A stretch of DNA of 63,893 nucleotides from Octopus bimaculoides (lineage: Eukaryota): contig NC_068990.1 in NCBI RefSeq assembly GCF_001194135.2, positions 80,802,257-80,866,149 of the forward strand, read 5' to 3'. How positions within the stretch are numbered: position 1 is the first letter of the stretch; each line of letters opens with the position of its first letter. This document shows positions 1 through 11,856 of the stretch, piece after piece. The notes beneath the pieces are model-generated. The model had not been told where the DNA came from. It was given only the letters and a program-made list of their open reading frames with translations, and did no database searches. A program made the position numbers and the translations under genes.

Positions 1-339
1 ATATGAATGTTTGTATGTATGCATTAAACATAAAAAGGGAGGTATGAGATGTGAATATATTTACTTAACCATTTGACAGCTTTACAATTACGACCAATTC
101 GCAGGCTTCTTCATGTAATAATAACTTTACTATAAAGTTATTTATGCTTGCATGTCTTCATCAATATGCATGTTATACATTACACAAACCAATTCTATAT
201 TCAAAGGTCAATGTAAATAAAGAAATCTAGCTATCAGATCATCATAACACCATTGTTATACAAACGACTTAACTCCAAGTATACATACAATATTTTCTTG
301 TTATACACACACACACACTCACACACACACAATATATGG

Positions 340-700
340 AAGCCCGAGACGTTGATCATGACGTGATATGTCACAAACTGCGAAACCTTGGTATTACTGG
401 GAAACTGGGAGACTGACTGCATGACTTTCTGAAGTCATGACTTTTAGGTTTATGTTGGGATATAGATTTTTCCAAATATGGTTGTTTCTTTCGTTGGGTG
501 AGATGGATTCTGCTCCAGCAATGGGTGTCTCATTTTCTCCATGCCAGCAGATACCTTTTTTGTGGAACTTGCAGATAGACTTTTTTTTTTATCTGAGAGG
601 GCTTGATTTGGGCTTTTAATTGCAGCGATTGGTGCTCACTCTGAAGAGACACCAATTTTCAGCGGAGTCCTGCAGACATACCCTCAGCGGTATAGTCAGC
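340..700 (-). mobile_element. Possible decayed LINE ORF1-like fragment (CCCH zinc-finger-like), inverted relative to the adjacent LINE 3' end
   Basis: Minus strand reads SICKFHKK then, after a frameshift, KGICWHGENE, resembling a C-x-F-x-K-G-x-C-x-H finger. It abuts the LINE fragment at ~730. Frameshifted; identification is by memory only. Confidence 0.3.
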
Positions 701-729
701 CAATCTGACCAGTGATACTAGTAACGTAG

Positions 730-1628
730 GCAGTTAGGAACCCAAAGGACATCATAAAACTTCAGAAAGACCTGAATGAAATATACAAATAGGCTAACAA
801 AAATAACATGCAGTACAATGCTATGTAATTTCAGACACTCCATTATCGGTCGAACACAGTCTAAAATCACTGGACCAGAAGGTAATACGCTCCCAGAGTC
901 AGAGTCAGTGGGTGACCTGGGGGTTCAAATGATCAATGATGCAACATTCCATTTGCATATTACCAAGATGACAACACTGTTCAGGTTATGGTCCCCAGAG
1001 AGTGTGAAGCAAACTGTGGAACTCGAAGCAATCCAACGCCAATACACACAGAAGATTGATTCGATGCAAAAGATGGGCTAAGGAGAGCTGGGCTAAAGGA
1101 GAGAGAGGCTAAAGGAGCTGAGTCTCTATTCCTTGGAGAAAAGACGAGAGAGAGATATGCGGTGATATATATTTGGGAGGTCTTGAAAGGTTTAGTTCTC
1201 ACTTTTGGAATTGACAGCTATACCAATCCTCGAACTGGACGGGACTCTATCATAGCAAAGATCCCACCTTCCTCATCTAAAGCGAACTCGACGGGACTGT
1301 ATCATAGCAAAGATCCCACCTTCCTCATCTAAAGTATTGACGCAGTACTGCAATAGTCTGGGTCCCAAGGACCCGCAATTGCTCAGCATCCTGTCAGGCA
1401 ACCATAGTGATATATATGCTGTTGATGTGGAAGTTTGCAAGGAATGTCTGGATAAGTTTCTATTTGAGATACTACATGAACCCACATCGTGGTAGGAGAC
1501 ACAAAGAAGAGCGACTCCGTCCAACTCTTTACTTCACCGAAAACAATACCAGAAACAACAGTGAGTAACTACATGTGGTGCACCAGTATGACCTCAGCCC
1601 TGGGCTGAAACCAGTAAAAGATAAAAGA
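730..1628 (+). mobile_element. CR1/L2-type non-LTR retrotransposon, 5'-truncated 3' fragment (RT C-terminus, 3' UTR, tail)
   Basis: Decayed translation KDIIKLQKDLNEIYK*ANKNNMQYNA...SVGDLGVQM...ELEAIQRQYTQKIDSM...ERLKELSLYSLEKRR...YAVIYIWEVLKGL matches the CR1/L2 ORF2 C-terminal pattern. Ends in CTGAAACCAGTAAAAGATAAAAGA. Confidence 0.85.
1231..1334 (+). repeat. Tandem duplication of a 52-bp unit inside the LINE
   Basis: 1231-1282 and 1283-1334 (CGAACT(G/C)GACGGGACT(C/G)TATCATAGCAAAGATCCCACCTTCCTCATCTAAAG) differ at 2 positions. Confidence 0.95.
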
Positions 1629-1810
1629 CATATATACATATCGGTCCATAATGTTAAGACGTAAACACTCCTCCTTTTAAGTTGAATCTACCGACTGGAT
1701 TATATTCGTTTCTGTTGGATTATTCTGCGGTTTGTTAGCCGATGCTATTAGTGGAACTCTCTGGGAAAGCCGTACAATCCTATGAACCCAATAGATAGGT
1801 AAATAGATAG

Positions 1811-1841
<31 letters not shown>

Positions 1842-1861
1842 ATAGACTTTGAGTATTTCAG

Positions 1862-2065
1862 ATATAATAGGTTTTGAGTATTTGACTGCGAAGTTCATAG
1901 AGACAGTAACCCGGTCTTCTAGATGTTGGAGATGTAGCGAATCAATTGTCTCATTCGAATCCAGTAACCAACAAAACTGTTGTTCACAAGATGCATCCTT
2001 GTATCTTAAATTAATAACTAATTCTGTGATAAGATGTTCGTGTTGGATAACTTTTAATAACACGG
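1862..2065 (+). CDS. Candidate internal coding exon (204 bp, phase 1-1), Cys-rich, unknown protein
   Basis: TTTCAG acceptor ending 1861 and G|GTATGA donor at 2066. Only one plus frame is open: (D)IIGFEYLTAKFIETVTRSSRCWRCSESIVSFESSNQQNCCSQDASLYLKLITNSVIRCSCWITFNNT(G). A competing minus-strand ORF overlaps it. Confidence 0.35.
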
Positions 2066-2404
2066 GTATGAAAACAAAGTACATTTTAATATTTACAATG
2101 ATCAACGTAATAATTTCAGCCAAAATCAGTTATATTTACACAAAAAGGTAGATATTTATACAGCTTAAATAGCTGCACATAATCAATATCTCTAGGGTTT
2201 TTTTTATTAAAAGAACACTGATATATTGTTATTAACTGTTATGAGAATTTTATCCATGGAGCAGTATATTATTGCAAGCTGTGGTCGTATTGAAAGGGTA
2301 AATGTCGTAAACCTTACGATAATCCTATAATATTTAATACAAAAGTAGATTAAAGCCAGCCATCCTTCCTTCACAAGGGAGTATGTGTTGGGTTGGTAAT
2401 GTAG

Positions 2405-2676
2405 CATTATTTTACTCCTTGTTTCAGGCTCCTCTGTAATCAGAAACAATCATAGGAACTCTATCTTTAACCTCAGCCCTAATCCACTGGAACATTTAAA
2501 CTGGACGGATATACGGCTGCATCAGCAACCGGCATGGATTCGTTTACAGTCAGCTAACTGGAGAATCGGGAAGTTAATTGCCTTGCTGAAGGACCACACT
2601 GTGTCACTCGTTCCAGAAATTCAACTCACAACATTATGATAATAAGGCGACAACTCTAACCATTAGGTCACATGCC
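2405..2676 (-). mobile_element. tRNA-derived SINE (family C), diverged
   Basis: Minus-strand head GGCATGTGACCTAATGGTTAGAGTTGTCGCC...GTGAGTTGAATTTCTGG (A/B-box-like), followed by GTGGTCCTTCAGCAAGGCAATTAAC, resembling the conserved CCTTGAGCAAG core of CORE/Meta-type SINEs. Confidence 0.65.
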
Positions 2677-3517
2677 ATAGAAGTTAAAGAAAACTGGTAA
2701 TATCAGAAGTATATTCGCTGGTGGAATGATTTCATATCGACTGTGATCGATTGTGATTTGTTCGTTTGTTGGAAAGCCTTTTAAGATTTGAAGACTCTTG
2801 CTAACATAATCAACATCTAAAGATTTCTAGAACTGGTTCTATAATATTCTATTCTGTAATGGTTATTAGCTTACTTCTTTGTACATTTGCCTTCTGCAAC
2901 GGTAGAAGTTGAATATTTCAGCTAGAATGTTCCCTTTAAAGGTTGTGCGTGTAACAGTATATAATTCTTATTGAAACGCAAAGAAAGAATATATAATATA
3001 TTTTAAGGGCGCTAAATGAAGAAATGAACAAACTATTATATGAATATACCTAACATAGGCACAAGCGGAGGATTTCCTGAGAAGTAATAATCGGGTTTAT
3101 CGTATCCAGTAATTTACTCGTGATTATTTAGTCGACCTATGAAGCGTGAAGGACAAAGCCTTTATCATCGTGTTTTAAATAAGAGCATAAAGCATTTGGT
3201 CTGACGATTCACCTATTCAGCATAATTCTCATTATTACTGGTTATTATGCTACGAGATACACATTCAAATATAAAATAAGGGCAGTAACTGTTATGTTTT
3301 AAGGAACTACACCCTGCCCACATCTACCATACTCACTAAAGTTTAAAAGTGATCCTAAATAGACTACATAGAAGGGATCGTACAAAACTAGTCTATCATT
3401 CGTTATCACACATTACTCTAAGGTCTATAAGATCATAACTGTCGGGTGTAGAATATATATTGTGCCAATCAATTCTCTGGCTCTATCAAGAATTAATTTC
3501 AAATTTACCCCAGGCTA

Positions 3518-3548
<31 letters not shown>

Positions 3549-5299
3549 CGTACGCATCCTGAAGAGAATATCAGTAGAATGTTTGTTTCAACTGACACAT
3601 ATAAACATCATTAAAGTTTTTCAGTAACGCTTGTTGTATTGTTACATATTCATTAACACCTTTTCGCTATAACATATTAGACGAAAATGAACGATTGTAA
3701 CCTATTTATCTAAAGATAAAGTTCGACATATAAATGTAGCTGACAGAAATCTTTAGAATTGTCAGCATAATGTTGGACTATTTTTTATTTTCACCCTGAC
3801 CTAAATACTTTATCTCCAATAAACTAAGAAGGTGAATTTGTTTTGTATAAAGAATTATGAATAGATAACTATTGCAAAGATTGAAAAATAAATCCTGTGA
3901 AATCCGTGTTACTTAATACAGTAGAAGGATGGAAGAATTATATTAATTACAGATTGATTCATCGTATGTGTAGTTCCATCACTTGCCTAAATCATTTTTA
4001 TCAATCAACCACTTTAAGCTAGACTGTTATTAGTTTAGTAGAGAGCAGCATTGGTATGGCACTGTAGAAGAACTGTAGCTAACTGACTGACAGGACGAAA
4101 TTATTACTGGTCGTCTATAGATTTAGACTGAATTAGTCATATCTGATCTACTTAATATAAATAAGCTCTTCTAAGGAAATGGAATATATTCGAAATGTGT
4201 CCTGATCAAATTATAGAGAGAACTGGAAGAAGACACGTTAGCATCGAAGAGCAAGGAATGGAGCGAGGAAAATACGTGTTTGCTTAAGTAATAAGGGAAG
4301 CGCTAATGGAGCTGTCTGATGTAATTATCAGAGATTGTGAGAATGGTAGTGTGCATCAAGTGAATTTTGAATTTGCAGTTACATCTCTCTCTTTCCACAT
4401 CACTTCTGACTTTTCACATATAGTTGCTTTCTAATCAGCGATGTTTTAAAAGTATCACGAGAGTGTAGGCGAGCCCATAACTTTAGGTAAAGATATGGTA
4501 TTTCGAATCAGGTGTTTGATTTTTCAGGATTTATTTGCAATTCGTGTTATTAGTCAAAAGCTTGTAGATATTACGCATTAAGAAATAAAGGAACGACGTC
4601 GGATGCGTACACATTAAAGGACGAATATCATCTGCATTATTCTACATAGGCAGTGTATACAACTAATTAAGAAAATCCATTCCATATTTGACATTTGGTT
4701 ACGAGGAACATTTAGAATACATCATCAAAGAATGACATGTAAATTGTATTAACGCCAGTAGCGGTATATAAAGAAATTTTAACGCGCCGGATTTAGTTGA
4801 CATCCTAGCGTTTCATTCAATCATTTCTCAGTCCTTAGATCTGTCAACACGTGAGAAATAGCGGTGTGAATATAAAACTAGGTTCAGTGAAAGTGTCATG
4901 AGACAGTAACATTGCACACAATAGTTTTATCTTCTCTCCGTAGCTTAGTTTTAGTTTTAGCTTTATATTTAAGATTCATCGTCGTCATTCTGTAGAAAGT
5001 ATAGTGGAAGCATGAATAATTTAAAGAGTATATACGCATATATATATATTTATGTGTGTGTATGTGTGTATGTATATGTTAAAGCTGCAAAACCATCACG
5101 AAGATATCACAAAAAAGTGTTCGTCGGACAGTTTAGATTGAGAATAATAAAGCATATTACTCTACCATGGATATTCGTGTACTTTTTTTCCCACCTTCTT
5201 TCACATTTATGTGCGTAAGCTGGTAAGTCTGCTTATTGGTGTCTTTGAATGACGTCATACTGCCACGTGGTGCGTCTTTCGTTTGCAGTGCTTCTCTCC

Positions 5300-5572
5300 T
5301 GTTCGTTGATATATGCGATGGCGTCTGTCAAATATTGTTTTGTGCTGGGAAATACAGCGGCTGAAAGTGTTGTCATGCTACAAACAGCTAACAAAAAAGC
5401 TACCATAAGCAAAACAAAAGTTAGCGAGTGGTTGTCATGCTTTTGGATTGGTCGTTTGTCGGCTGAAGACTCACCTCGTTCAGGGCGACCATCGACCTCC
5501 CGAACAAATGAAATCATCATGAAAATTCGTGAACTGACCTCGAAGGACTGTCAGCGAACAATTGACCAACAA
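5300..5572 (+). mobile_element. Mariner transposase relic, N-terminal HTH region
   Basis: VKYCFVLGNTAAESVVMLQTA...SKTKVSEWLSCF...EDSPRSGRPSTSRTNEIIMKIREL...RTIDQ matches the mariner paired-HTH consensus (KF.FKLGK.A.ET...W...F...ED.PRSGRP). Confidence 0.85.
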
Positions 5573-5715
5573 AACTCCTTGTAACACCTAAGATGAACTG
5601 AAGGCAAGAATTATTGCGGCATTCGTGAACTTAAACAACGAGACCTTCCAGAAGAGTTGCAAAAGTTTCTGAATTCTTCTGGAGGCCGTGATTGAAATCA
5701 ACGAGGATTTTATTG
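5573..5715 (+). mobile_element. Tc1/mariner (maT/DD37D-like) transposase C-terminal fragment
   Basis: KTPCNT*DELKARIIAAFVNLNNETFQKSCKSF*ILLEAVIEINEDFI resembles the ELKA.I...F..L....V.KAC..F..RLEAV.EA.G..IE C-terminus. It runs into an N gap. Confidence 0.75.
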
Positions 5716-5936
5716 NNNNNNNNNNNNNNNNNNNNNNNNNNNNNNNNNNNNNNNNNNNNNNNNNNNNNNNNNNNNNNNNNNNNNNNNNNNNNNNNNNNNN
5801 NNNNNNNNNNNNNNNNNNNNNNNNNNNNNNNNNNNNNNNNNNNNNNNNNNNNNNNNNNNNNNNNNNNNNNNNNNNNNNNNNNNNNNNNNNNNNNNNNNNN
5901 NNNNNNNNNNNNNNNNNNNNNNNNNNNNNNNNNNNN

Positions 5937-5980
<44 letters not shown>

Positions 5981-5984
5981 GATA

Positions 5985-6075
5985 AGATTCTTTCAGTTTC
6001 CTTTTAGCAAATCCATTCACAAGACATGAAATGATGGCTTGCCAGTCAACTCGTGGTCAAGACCGAGGGGGACCA
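5985..6075 (-). mobile_element. SINE family B internal fragment
   Basis: TTCTTTCAGTTTCCTTTTAGCAAATCCATTCACAAG matches the family B copies at 14640-14680 and 47405-47440. Confidence 0.6.
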
Positions 6076-6099
6076 TTACTGACGATTAAGAATATTGTT

Positions 6100-6830
6100 C
6101 ACGCAGGCAAATTTATACTTTATACTTGTGACTCCGCTACTGTCGATGCGTTTTGAAGCAGTTCACTGAAATTCTTCATCTCCTTCTTTCAATTGTTTCC
6201 TCCATTAATGTAGATAACAATTATTTTTGTTTCCCATTTGGCTTCCCATAATCCACAAGCGTTCAACTAGGAATTTACGCAATTCTTAAATTGTGTTTCT
6301 TTTTTTTTTTTCTTTTGAATCTTGTTTTCTACCTAGACACACGCCGTACTGCATCTGCATAGGTATTTTTGATCATCATTCCGAACAATATATCCAGTCC
6401 AAAGTTAAACGTTGCTTGTGCACCACCCCATCAACTTCCCCCTCAAGAACTCTGTGTCTGGAGTCCGAAAGTAGTTTCAGCTGAACTGTTCTTTCAATGT
6501 ACAAAGACGCTACGCAAAATTGTCTCTATCAGAAACGATACGTTTGCGCCATCGTTGGTTTCAAGTCACAAATATTCTTGTTCGCAGATATTCCGACAAA
6601 TTCCCAGCCACTTTTACCAAGTATGAGTAATCAAATTCTTGACTTCGACAACTGTCCTTCGTTGGTCCGAATTGAAAGAAATCGAAGTGCGCCAAATTCT
6701 TCTCTGTGCAGTGGACGGGAGCCCATTGGCTAGTTGAATTTGCCATTTCTCACTTGTTGCCAAAGATGTGTATCTGTGCGTGGTCAGAGCATTTGAAATA
6801 GCTCTCACTTCTCACTCATCTGAGAAGCAC
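6100..6830 (-). mobile_element. Heavily decayed coding-like relic, possibly a MULE-type transposase
   Basis: Minus-strand pieces HLWQQVRNGKF, REEFGALRFL and LETNDGA loosely recall MULE motifs (H..Q..WR.., ..F....L.ALAF, TNN..E). There are multiple stops and frameshifts. Confidence 0.3.
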
Positions 6831-7855
6831 ATTGAATAATAATGCTTCTAAGGCTTTCTATCTGGATAAAAGTAAAATTCCATCTTATATCTATTTGACC
6901 AAACTGACCTCGTGCTAAAATAAATGAAAACAAAATAATTAATAAAAAGCAAAACTTGAAGCTAATAATAAGAAAGGTCAGAGTACATACAACAACAACA
7001 TTAAATGTCTTAAATACACGTCTTTTTTTAAATAAAAGGATATATTAACTTATGCAGTTTGACCAACACTATTCCTGAATCAGATAGTCACACCTGGAAT
7101 AATTCAAATCGACAAAGATTCAATCAAGGTGACTTGCGACTAAAATACGTCGACGGCAACAACGTCTTGGTAATCTTTGCCTCGTTCATAATGACTTAGA
7201 AATCTCTGTATGAAAATGGTGAATAAGAAATGAATTAGAAAAATGCGGCGTAGCTGAAATGATCCCCAAACGAGTAAGTACATGCAAACTCTGATTTGGA
7301 TATTCTTCACCATTTCAGTAGATATGACGAAACTTCGACAAACATTCCAAGATACACACTCGAGAGATTTTGTTCAATTTGTTATTGTCTGGTTGACCTT
7401 AAACATATATTTAATATAAATTTTTACCTTCAGCAATAGTTTCTTCTCTAGAGCTCTCAAATAGCTGAATGTTACGTTTTGTAGCATAGAACTGTAGGAA
7501 TATATATGTTAGCTTCTTTGCGCAATGATATTAATAATTGTATTATCGTGTTTCTTGAATTATCGTTTGTTATATATGTATACATATATGTATCAGGCTG
7601 AGTTAACATATGCTATTTTATTTTGTATTGTGATGAGACTTCCTATCGTATAATTATAGTTATATTTTAGTTATTTGAATATTCTATCTGAATATATACG
7701 ATATTTCATTGGAGACAAAAATATTGTTTTCTTTTTAAATACAATGACAATACATTTTATTGAAATGAATATTTATAATGCTTACGTACAATAAAATATA
7801 ACATATTGTAATTAAAACGAAAGGTTCTAATAATTATGAATTTACATATTTTTAG

Positions 7856-7888
7856 GATTATCTACACAGCACAATAATATTCTTCACA
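7856..7888 (+). CDS. Candidate 33-bp microexon (phase 1-1)
   Basis: TTTACATATTTTTAG acceptor and A|GTAAGT donor; reads (G)LSTQHNNILH. Too short to distinguish from chance without RNA data. Confidence 0.25.
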
Positions 7889-8552
7889 GTAAGTCTTCCG
7901 TCAACTTGTAATATTCAAATGCAACAAAGAAGAAGCTCATAAAAATGTTCATAAATTTTCAAACGTAAATTTGCATCTACTGTATCAAATTTTCAGGCAG
8001 CTAAGTGGTATAATCATTAGGATGTCGAATAGAAAGCGTTGATACATTGTTTAGATTCTCTGCGCCGAGATCTTTAATCCCGTTGAGACCATCGTTCAAA
8101 TTCATCCCTTCGGAATATTTGAATAAAGAATCAACCACGCACTGATGCATCTTATTCTCCCTCACTCTCCCTCTTCTCATCGCTTTTCTCTCTACCCCAC
8201 TCTCTCTGTCTGTCCATCTATAACATCCTAAACATTCAGCTGGCCCAAAGTGTGGAGGGCTAATCAGGGAAACTGTGGCTGCTCACGAATATAAGGGTAC
8301 TTAAAATAAAAACTGAAAGTATGGTAGAACTCATCTTTTCGAATCATCAAGGGAACATCAACAAAGTAGATCACCTGCTTAATTTAATAAGTTGAATTTC
8401 ATTAAAATATCATTAAAACACATTATACAGTTTATTTACAGAATGGCTACGTTACAAACGAATTGCTACATTCTATGAATAATTATGACTCAATACATCT
8501 ATATCAGCAAGCTATTATTCACACACTCCATCAAATTCTAATAATATTAATA

Positions 8553-8768
8553 TACTGATCTCAAATTTTAGCACAAGCCCAGCAATTTTGGGGAAGGGTT
8601 AAGACGATTACATTGACCCAGTGTTCAACTACTATTTATTTTATCGACTCCCAAAAGGATGAAAAGCAATGTCGACCTCGGCAAAATTTTCATTCAGAAT
8701 GTAAAGACAGACGAAATGCCGCTAGGCATTTTGCCCGGCGTGCTAAGGGTTCAAGCAGCTCACTACCC
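8553..8768 (-). mobile_element. tRNA-derived SINE family A (tail type 2)
   Basis: Reverse complement has the head (..TTAGCACGCCGGGCAAAATGCCTAGCGGCATTTCGTC), the GTCGAC..CTTTTCATCCTTTTGGGAGTCGATAAAAT core and the CCCCAAAATTGCTGGGCTTGTGCTAAAATTTGAG tail. Confidence 0.85.
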
Positions 8769-8974
8769 TAAATTCTGATGATACGTTATTATCTCATTGT
8801 CCAATTCAAGGGACCAGCACATATCAATGTGTTTGAGAAGTTACCTTGGTAACTAAGCTATTGTAAGTGCTCTATGATTTCTGGAACAAAAGACTTCCAC
8901 TGAAAACTCGGGCATACAAACAGATTATGAGCAGGATTGCGACAAAACACACACAGAGACACACACACACACAG

Positions 8975-9005
<31 letters not shown>

Positions 9006-9042
9006 TACACACACACTTTTATTTGTGTGTGTGTGTCTGTCT

Positions 9043-9223
9043 GTTGAGTATGGGTAGTAGTTGCTTCTTTTTAGGCCAAAGGTACCGTCCAAAATCGGAA
9101 GGATCAAATAACGATCATCAAATAATTCAGCCTTTCAGTAACAGTTACAACTAATTTGAAAATAGTCGTTTTCTTGGACGTTACCTTTAGCCTAAAAAGA
9201 AGTCACTACTACCCATACTCAAC
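9043..9223. repeat. Foldback / MITE-like inverted repeat: 50-bp arms, 81-bp spacer
   Basis: 9043-9092 versus the reverse complement of 9174-9223: 46/50 identical. Confidence 0.9.
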
Positions 9224-9337
9224 GAGCAAAGTGTGTATCTACTTGACTTAAAAAGGATTTAGCAAATCCTATCAGGTGGTGCTATTAAGTTTGACATGGC
9301 CTGGACTAATCTTTAGTCGAAACATAATATATATATA

Positions 9338-9420
9338 CACATACATACATACATACATACATACATACATACATACATACACATATACATACATACATAC
9401 ATACATGCATACATACATAC
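9338..9420. repeat. (CATA)n microsatellite
   Basis: Direct reading of the sequence. Confidence 0.95.
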
Positions 9421-11799
9421 ATATATGCGTGTGCATATAGACATATATACACTGATAGATGAAAATTGAATTGTCAGCTCGAATTTTTCTATAAGCTTTA
9501 TTGTTCTCATTAATAGATGCTGAGTTGTTATTCTTAAATTATCTTTAAACTAAGCCATCTGTATATTCATTCAGTGTAGGTTCAGGAGACGTCGTCGTGA
9601 AAATTCTTTCGTCTTTGTCGCCAATATATATCGTTTAAAGAGAGAATTTCTTCTCCGAAAACGGAATCCTACATGACAAATATATTTACGTCTACAGCAT
9701 TTTCTTTCGCACTTATACTAATTTATATGAACTTGGCAAGCCTAAGTACACAGAAGACCCAATTTTTTTAATTGAAAACAGTTCTCTGATTAGGAAAAAA
9801 CAATCTTGCCGAGGCACCGATATTTCAGATTTCGCTACATCAATGAATCATGTGTTATAAAAAACACACTTTGTTTAAAAGACGTTTTACTCTTTTAACG
9901 GAATTCATCAGTNNNNNNNNNNNNNNNNNNNNNNNNNNNNNNNNNNNNNNNNNNNNNNNNNNNNNNNNNNNNNNNNNNNNNNNNNNNNNNNNNNNNNNNN
10001 NNNNNNNNNNNNNNNNNNNNNNNNNNNNNNNNNNNNNNNNNNNNNNNNNNNNNNNNNNNNNNNNNNNNNNNNNNNNNNNNNNNNNNNNNNNNNNNNNNNN
10101 NNNNNNNNNNNNNNNNNNNNNNNNNNNNNNNNNNNNNNNNNNNNNNNNNNNNNNNNNNNNNNNNNNNNNNNNNNNNNNNNNNNNNNNNNNNNNNNNNNNN
10201 NNNNNNNNNNNNNNNNNNNNNNNNNNNNNNNNNNNNNNNNNNNNNNNNNNNNNNNNNNNNNNNNNNNNNNNNNNNNNNNNNNNNNNNNNNNNNNNNNNNN
10301 NNNNNNNNNNNNNNNNNNNNNNNNNNNNNNNNNNNNNNNNNNNNNNNNNNNNNNNNNNNNNNNNNNNNNNNNNNNNNNNNNNNNNNNNNNNNNNNNNNNN
10401 NNNNNNNNNNNNNNNNNNNNNNNNNNNNNNNNNNNNNNNNNTATAGGAAAAGTATCATTCTACAAGCGATGCTGTAGATGAATCGTTAAAATCAGTGATA
10501 GAGAAAACGAGTAGCGAATTCATATATTATCTCATTTACATTTCATTATAAATATCTACTTTTTAATTTAAAAATTAATTTTAAATAAAATAATTTATTA
10601 TTCCACATTATTTGCACTCATTAATCTTTTAATTGACTGAATTATTCTAAGATTCTTTCAATAAGAACGTTTATTGTCAATTCATCTTAAGTCTTCAGTG
10701 TTCGAGCCCTCTTAAATTAACTCTTATAATAATTCTGTGTATCGTTGTCATTAAAACAAGGACCAGATTTATCCGCACGTATTGTTTTCAGTATCCGTTT
10801 TACAACACAACAGTTATCCAGAATGAAACACATCTTAAGTTTCTCTTGTCTAAAATAGCATCATCAATAAAACAATTGGAGGGAATCTTCACTGAAATAT
10901 AAACAATAAACAGACTTACACACTACATCTAAATAATGCAATCTGTGAGTAAAGTGACTGACACATTACATATTCGTTCATTGTTGACATTTTTACTATT
11001 CATACGGTGGTGTGAGAGTTTTATGAATTCCTCTCGTTTTATTTCAGTCATGTCCATTATTATTAAGCTTAACAGAAAGAAAAACAAAAAACATTGCGAC
11101 GTACAAAAACTGAGATTGAAAGTAAAAATAATTTTTAAAAAAAGCAGATAAATATACAAAATCGAATATATTAGATTAGATGTGAAGGAAGGTTCGGCAA
11201 AATACGAAATATAAATTAGATTTAGCTTCACAAAAAAAAGAAGCATATACAAACACACAAAGACACTCCATTATAAATATATATACATAAACGTGTATAT
11301 ATTTGTGTGTATGTATGTGTTTGTGTATAGGTGAGTTAATATAATTGATATTAGCACCAATACTAGTAAACTTTATACTTATTTGAATTCTTGACACCAA
11401 CGAGTGAAGCAGATAATCCATAGTAGATTTAATTACATCAGATCAAAGCTACGTAGTACATTAAAAATTTCGACATAGAAAGCAACTAATACTCTAATAA
11501 GCAAATCACAGAAAATCATTGATCGGTTTTAATAAATTAAAAACAATCACTCAGATAAAATAAGCTACCAATATTAAATAAAATAATGAGAATATTATAG
11601 TTTTTTTAGAAATCAATAATGCATTGTGAACAATATCTTATGCTCATTTTGGATAACAATGAAGAGGCATACATCATATATACATACATATTTACATTAT
11701 TTACATATATTCATGTTGACTTATATATATATATAAGTAAAGAAAGATATAAACATATACAGACATATATTATGTATGCATATATATATTATGAATGGA

Positions 11800-11856
<57 letters not shown>

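Noticed and set aside
2428-2640. About 70-codon open plus frame after a TTGTTTCAG acceptor
   Set aside because: It is the antisense strand of a SINE copy; pyrimidine-rich antisense SINE tails mimic acceptors.
10800-10890. Minus peptide NCFIDDAILDKRNLRCVSFWIT resembling NCCSQDASL...IRCSCWIT of the 1862-2065 exon
   Set aside because: Only scattered identities, a length mismatch, a stop soon after and no good donor; probably coincidence.
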